Origin: Hyphomicrobiaceae bacterium
GTDB taxonomy: Bacteria; Pseudomonadota; Alphaproteobacteria; Rhizobiales; JAKIUO01
Assembly: GCA_021647535.1 (NCBI GenBank)
Contig: JAKIUO010000002.1
Location: 1 to 37,939 of the forward strand
Direction: 5' to 3'
Length of the DNA: 37,939 nt
Shown: piece after piece, positions 35,032 through 37,939 of the stretch
Layout: the number at the start of each line of letters is the position of its first letter
Numbering within the stretch: the first letter of the stretch is position 1
Notes under the pieces: model-generated
Told to the model about the DNA's origin: nothing
Database searches by the model: none
The model's input: the letters and a program-made list of their open reading frames with translations, nothing else
Program-made: the position numbers and the translations under genes

Positions 35032-35553
35032 TCAATGAGCATGAGAATCCTGACTCTGGCTTTCAGCCTCCTCATGGCCTTTATCTTTTTCCCCAGACTG
35101 AGATTGAGGCAGGGACATGACGCCTAGACCGTAGCGGTAAACCACTTCCCCCCCTTTCCAGGCAGTCGTCAGCAGCATGATGGCTGCCAGAAAGATCAGG
35201 GTTGAAAAAAGCCGGTTTCCTTGCATTTCCTTGCGCAAATAAAATGACCACAGAGTCAATATTCCAAAGAAAGAAGCCGTAAAAAGCGCCCAGTTTCTAT
35301 GACCTGTCATGGCGGCATGGGACGGGCTATCATGCGCGACACTATTATAGGCCTGCCACCCGGCCAGCAAGGTGATGATTGTAATAGCAGCCCCGATCCA
35401 AAGATTCCAGCGCGCAACCACAAGCAAGTTGGATTGCCAAGGCGCATTCCCCGGGACAACAGAGAGAAAGACGAATAGCCCCGCCGACACCAGCAACAGA
35501 GCTACAGTGAAATGGACAAATATGGGATGCCAGTTCGGTATGACTTCGATCAT
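35032..35553 (-). CDS. DUF2231-family membrane protein with His-rich C-terminus
   Basis: The N-terminus WHPIFVHFTVALLL is typical of DUF2231, and there are 4 TM helices. The tail is GEKDKGHEEAESQSQDSHAH. Confidence 0.7.
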   Translation of the reverse strand: MIEVIPNWHPIFVHFTVALLLVSAGLFVFLSVVPGNAPWQSNLLVVARWNLWIGAAITIITLLAGWQAYNSVAHDSPSHAAMTGHRNWALFTASFFGILTLWSFYLRKEMQGNRLFSTLIFLAAIMLLTTAWKGGEVVYRYGLGVMSLPQSQSGEKDKGHEEAESQSQDSHAH

Positions 35554-35597
35554 TTATTGAGTCTCATCTCTTTTGTCCTGCAAGTTTCCGCATCGAA

Positions 35598-35951
35598 TTG
35601 GTTCTTTTGCCTGACGGTGTTTTCAATGTTGAAGGGGCGATCATAAAACAGGTCGATCGTGTCAAATCCGGTAGAACACCAGCAGGTGCCCCAGCAAAAG
35701 CTACTGTGCAATATGAATACGATGCATTGCTTAGCAATGACCCCATAAAAATTGATGATGCACAAACTGCCAAGAAATATCTTCATGCAATACGCATTCT
35801 CACTCCAGATGATGTTGGATTGGAACGTACCCTGTCCGTCTTGACTGACTTGCGCGCGCGGTTTGGTAATACACAAGCACTTCGAGCAGATTTTCGCTAT
35901 GTTATAGCAGCGGTGGATGTGAATTGGTTTCAACCACTTGTTACAAGCTGA
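35598..35951 (+). CDS. orphan hypothetical ORF (117 aa) in AT-rich spacer
   Basis: Its composition is more protein-like than the overlapping minus-strand ORF 35550-35996. No RBS or family was recognised. It could be a gene remnant. Confidence 0.3.
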   Translation: MVLLPDGVFNVEGAIIKQVDRVKSGRTPAGAPAKATVQYEYDALLSNDPIKIDDAQTAKKYLHAIRILTPDDVGLERTLSVLTDLRARFGNTQALRADFRYVIAAVDVNWFQPLVTS

Positions 35952-36046
35952 ATTATAAGCTGGCCTCAGTTTGTTGGATCGTCGGTTAGAGTGCATTGTA
36001 TCGGATAAATGAAAATTGCTTAATTTCCTGCTTATCTGCGGGTCTC

Positions 36047-37363
36047 TTATTTTTCAATTCTTTCAAGACTACGCAAGCGAGCGGCCAATGCTACCTGAAC
36101 AGTGTTATGAATGACCCCTGGAAAATTGGCGGGTAGGGTGGTTTCCAATTGGATCATCGTCTTTTCAGCAATCTCTGCAACATCTTCTATCACGGTACGG
36201 ACAAGCTGTTTGGGAAGACCGGCTTGCTCGGCAGTTTGGAGGAAATGGCGTCCAACAATCTGGTCGATCCGGTAATGGCGGTTTTTGCCAACTGACATGG
36301 CCAGTTTCATTTGTTTCCGTTCAATCTGGCGGGCATTGAGGCTTGGTTGCGCGGTCAATACGTCATAGAACGGGGTTAGCTGGAAGCCGCCGCCGGGGCG
36401 GAGGAATATGCTGAAATTCTTTGCGTGACCGTCGGTAGCGCCGATCAGCCAGAATAATATCTGTGCTTTTATGAACGCCTTTTGATCTTCTGCCGGTGTA
36501 TCGCTACCTTTGAGCAGGTCAAGTATTGCAACCATTCCAGGGCCGCCATCACTCTGGTACTTTGCTGTTGGAGGAACAGAGAGCGCCTGACAGAAATCTT
36601 CTTGTGGCAAGCGCAGCAACCGTCCGTTTTTTGTCCATCGTCGATCAAAGCGCTCAATAACAAGAGTTTTCGTTTCACCAAACGTCATTATTTCAGCTTT
36701 GTTGACCGGGAGGCCGAACAGCTCCATGAGCTTCAGGCAATAAAACTCATTCTCGACGCTATTTGATAGATCAATGCCGTTCGGCAATTGGCCGATCTGT
36801 GGCTTGAAAAGATGTGTCGTCGGTGTCGTACCATATGGTTTTTTCCAGCATCCGTTATGCCAGAGCAGTGCCGTTTTTTCTTGCGCACCGGCAACAGAAA
36901 TTCGAAATTCATCATCGCGGTTTAGACCGAGAGGTGCTTGGGCAAGATTGCGAAGTATCTGCTCAATGGCCTCGTCATCAACCTCTTCCCCTTCGATAGA
37001 GCCCGCCGCATCAATCGCTTCGGCATCATCGGGAATGAACTGGAGTGCGCCGACGCAATCGCGCCCGATGGCAGCCAGCAGGCTGTAGGCGTCAGTTCCG
37101 CGTGCGCCCACCTTTTCAGCGACACGACGGCGAAGAGCATCCGAATCCGGCAGTAGGTTTTCAAACACAGCCGCAACGGGTTCTCCACGATAGGCATCTT
37201 CTCGTAGCGGCAGGGATAAAGAGATCGGGAGCGCATGTTCCCAAGTAAGCCAGTTCTCATCATACTGGAAACCGATAGCGCCGCTCGGCTCTTTAATGAG
37301 ATGACCAACCAAGCGATTATTGAGGTGAACGCGCAGCGGTGTATATTGGCGATGACGGGGCAT
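36047..37363 (-). CDS. hipA: type II toxin HipA-family Ser/Thr kinase
   Basis: The HipA N-terminal pattern (LRVHLNNRLVGHL...FQYDENW...LSLSLPL) is present, with the kinase core ISVAGAQEK and DGHAKNFS. Its start overlaps the hipB stop by 1 nt. Confidence 0.9.
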   Translation of the reverse strand: MPRHRQYTPLRVHLNNRLVGHLIKEPSGAIGFQYDENWLTWEHALPISLSLPLREDAYRGEPVAAVFENLLPDSDALRRRVAEKVGARGTDAYSLLAAIGRDCVGALQFIPDDAEAIDAAGSIEGEEVDDEAIEQILRNLAQAPLGLNRDDEFRISVAGAQEKTALLWHNGCWKKPYGTTPTTHLFKPQIGQLPNGIDLSNSVENEFYCLKLMELFGLPVNKAEIMTFGETKTLVIERFDRRWTKNGRLLRLPQEDFCQALSVPPTAKYQSDGGPGMVAILDLLKGSDTPAEDQKAFIKAQILFWLIGATDGHAKNFSIFLRPGGGFQLTPFYDVLTAQPSLNARQIERKQMKLAMSVGKNRHYRIDQIVGRHFLQTAEQAGLPKQLVRTVIEDVAEIAEKTMIQLETTLPANFPGVIHNTVQVALAARLRSLERIEK

Positions 37364-37614
37364 CAGAAGATATCCTCGATATCAGAAGCCTGACCTTTCG
37401 AGCGCGGCATAATCTGAAATTCGAGATCGAGTGCACCAAGGACAGCCAGAATTGTTTCCAGCTTTGCTGCTGGATTACCGGTTTCGATGAGGGAAATGGT
37501 TTCTTGCCGTAGCCCTGATTTTTCACCGAGCTGCGTTTGGTTCCAGCCCAATTTTTTGCGGGCGCGTTGTACTATGTTTCCGATCTGCTTTGGATCGCGT
37601 GCTAAGTCTGCCAT
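37363..37614 (-). CDS. hipB: HipB-like XRE-family antitoxin
   Basis: The HTH is IVQRARKKLGWNQTQLGEKSGLRQETISLIETG. The gene lies immediately upstream of hipA. Confidence 0.85.
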   Translation of the reverse strand: MADLARDPKQIGNIVQRARKKLGWNQTQLGEKSGLRQETISLIETGNPAAKLETILAVLGALDLEFQIMPRSKGQASDIEDIF

Positions 37615-37629
37615 GGAATCATTATGATC

Positions 37630-37689
37630 TATATCCGATAAATATGCAATATCGGATATAACGCATAAGTTTACTTTATGTGTTATATC
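37630..37689. promoter_or_regulatory. two overlapping palindromes upstream of hipB (candidate HipB operators, or the IS terminal structure)
   Basis: tatatccgata (37630-37640) pairs with tatcggatata (37650-37660) as a perfect 11-bp repeat with a 9-nt spacer. gatataacgcataag (37655-37669) pairs with tttatgtgttatatc (37675-37689) at 13 of 15 positions. Confidence 0.55.
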
Positions 37690-37701
37690 ACTAGTGTCCG
37701 G

Positions 37702-37939
37702 TTAATAATTGAATAGATTCAACTGGTTATCTGAAGCGGAATTCGCGCTTTTGCACTCCGCGTTTGCAAGCAATTGATCCAATGGTGTTTTTTCTAAAAT
37801 CGTCACGCTGAGCACTTGCAGAATTGTGTAGAGCTCAGCAGGCAGATCAAGTCGCCTTTTTATGATGGCGATGAGCACATAAACCGAGATGGCGATCCAT
37901 AGCTGCGTTTTGACCGCATTTTCTGTTGTTCCGAAAAAG
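37702..37939 (-). mobile_element. IS4-family DDE transposase, C-terminal 78 codons (rest beyond window edge)
   Basis: It is not in the ORF track because there is no Met in the window. The minus-strand frame reads FFGTTENAVKTQLWIAISVYVLIAIIKRRLDLPAELYTILQVLSVTILEKTPLDQLL...NY*. That matches the conserved C-terminus of IS4-family transposases as I remember it. Confidence 0.65.

Noticed and set aside
35550-35996. 148-aa minus-strand ORF between DUF2231 and hipA
   Set aside because: Its translation is Cys/Asn/Ile/Lys-rich, as is typical of random AT-rich sequence. The opposite-strand ORF is more protein-like, though it too is kept only at low confidence.
35999-36010. The 12-mer tatcggataaat downstream of hipA resembles tatccgataaat (37632-37643) upstream of hipB, which could mark cassette boundary repeats
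   Set aside because: A 12-mer with one mismatch is expected by chance at roughly 0.1-0.2 occurrences in a window of this size on two strands. No longer flanking similarity is visible.
1-37939. Search for tRNA, rRNA, tmRNA and known riboswitch signatures
   Set aside because: No cloverleaf-like T-arm (GGTTCGAATCC-type) sequence or rRNA-like conserved block was recognised by eye. This is absence of evidence only; tRNAscan-SE or Infernal would be decisive.

Overview
This is an approximately 50% GC chromosomal segment whose gene order looks alphaproteobacterial (Hyphomicrobiales/Rhizobiales-like). I saw no rRNA, tRNA or CRISPR.

The housekeeping backbone comprises:
- an Mla-like ABC operon;
- smr-mltA-tim44 opposite fxsA-secB;
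- an alpha/beta-hydrolase-aroE-coaE-dnaQ operon;
- an SLC13 permease, a YkuD L,D-transpeptidase, a CFA-synthase-like methyltransferase and an HNH endonuclease.

Accessory content interrupts this backbone:
1. A complete four-gene bufferin-type RiPP operon on the minus strand at 8291-11098. It encodes a DUF2282 Cys-rich secreted precursor, a DUF692/MNIO oxidase, a DUF2063 partner and DoxX. A bactofilin/cadherin-like fusion gene follows on the same strand. This is the strongest candidate for the system of interest.
2. A metal/toxin-antitoxin island at about 28.7-37.9 kb. It holds cueR-copA, four near-identical MerR/CueR-type TTGACC-19 bp promoters, small Met/His- and Cys/His-rich proteins, SHOCT plus a CDF exporter, DUF2231 and hipBA. 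A MITE-like element bounds it on the left and a truncated IS4-family transposase bounds it at the window edge.
3. Two unrelated families of structured intergenic repeats. Family B has 32-bp terminal inverted repeats (TIRs) and apparent compensatory changes between copies. Family A is a palindromic mosaic element.

Many long ORFs in the supplied track are antisense shadows of real genes and were rejected. All family assignments come from motif recognition by eye; no searches were run.
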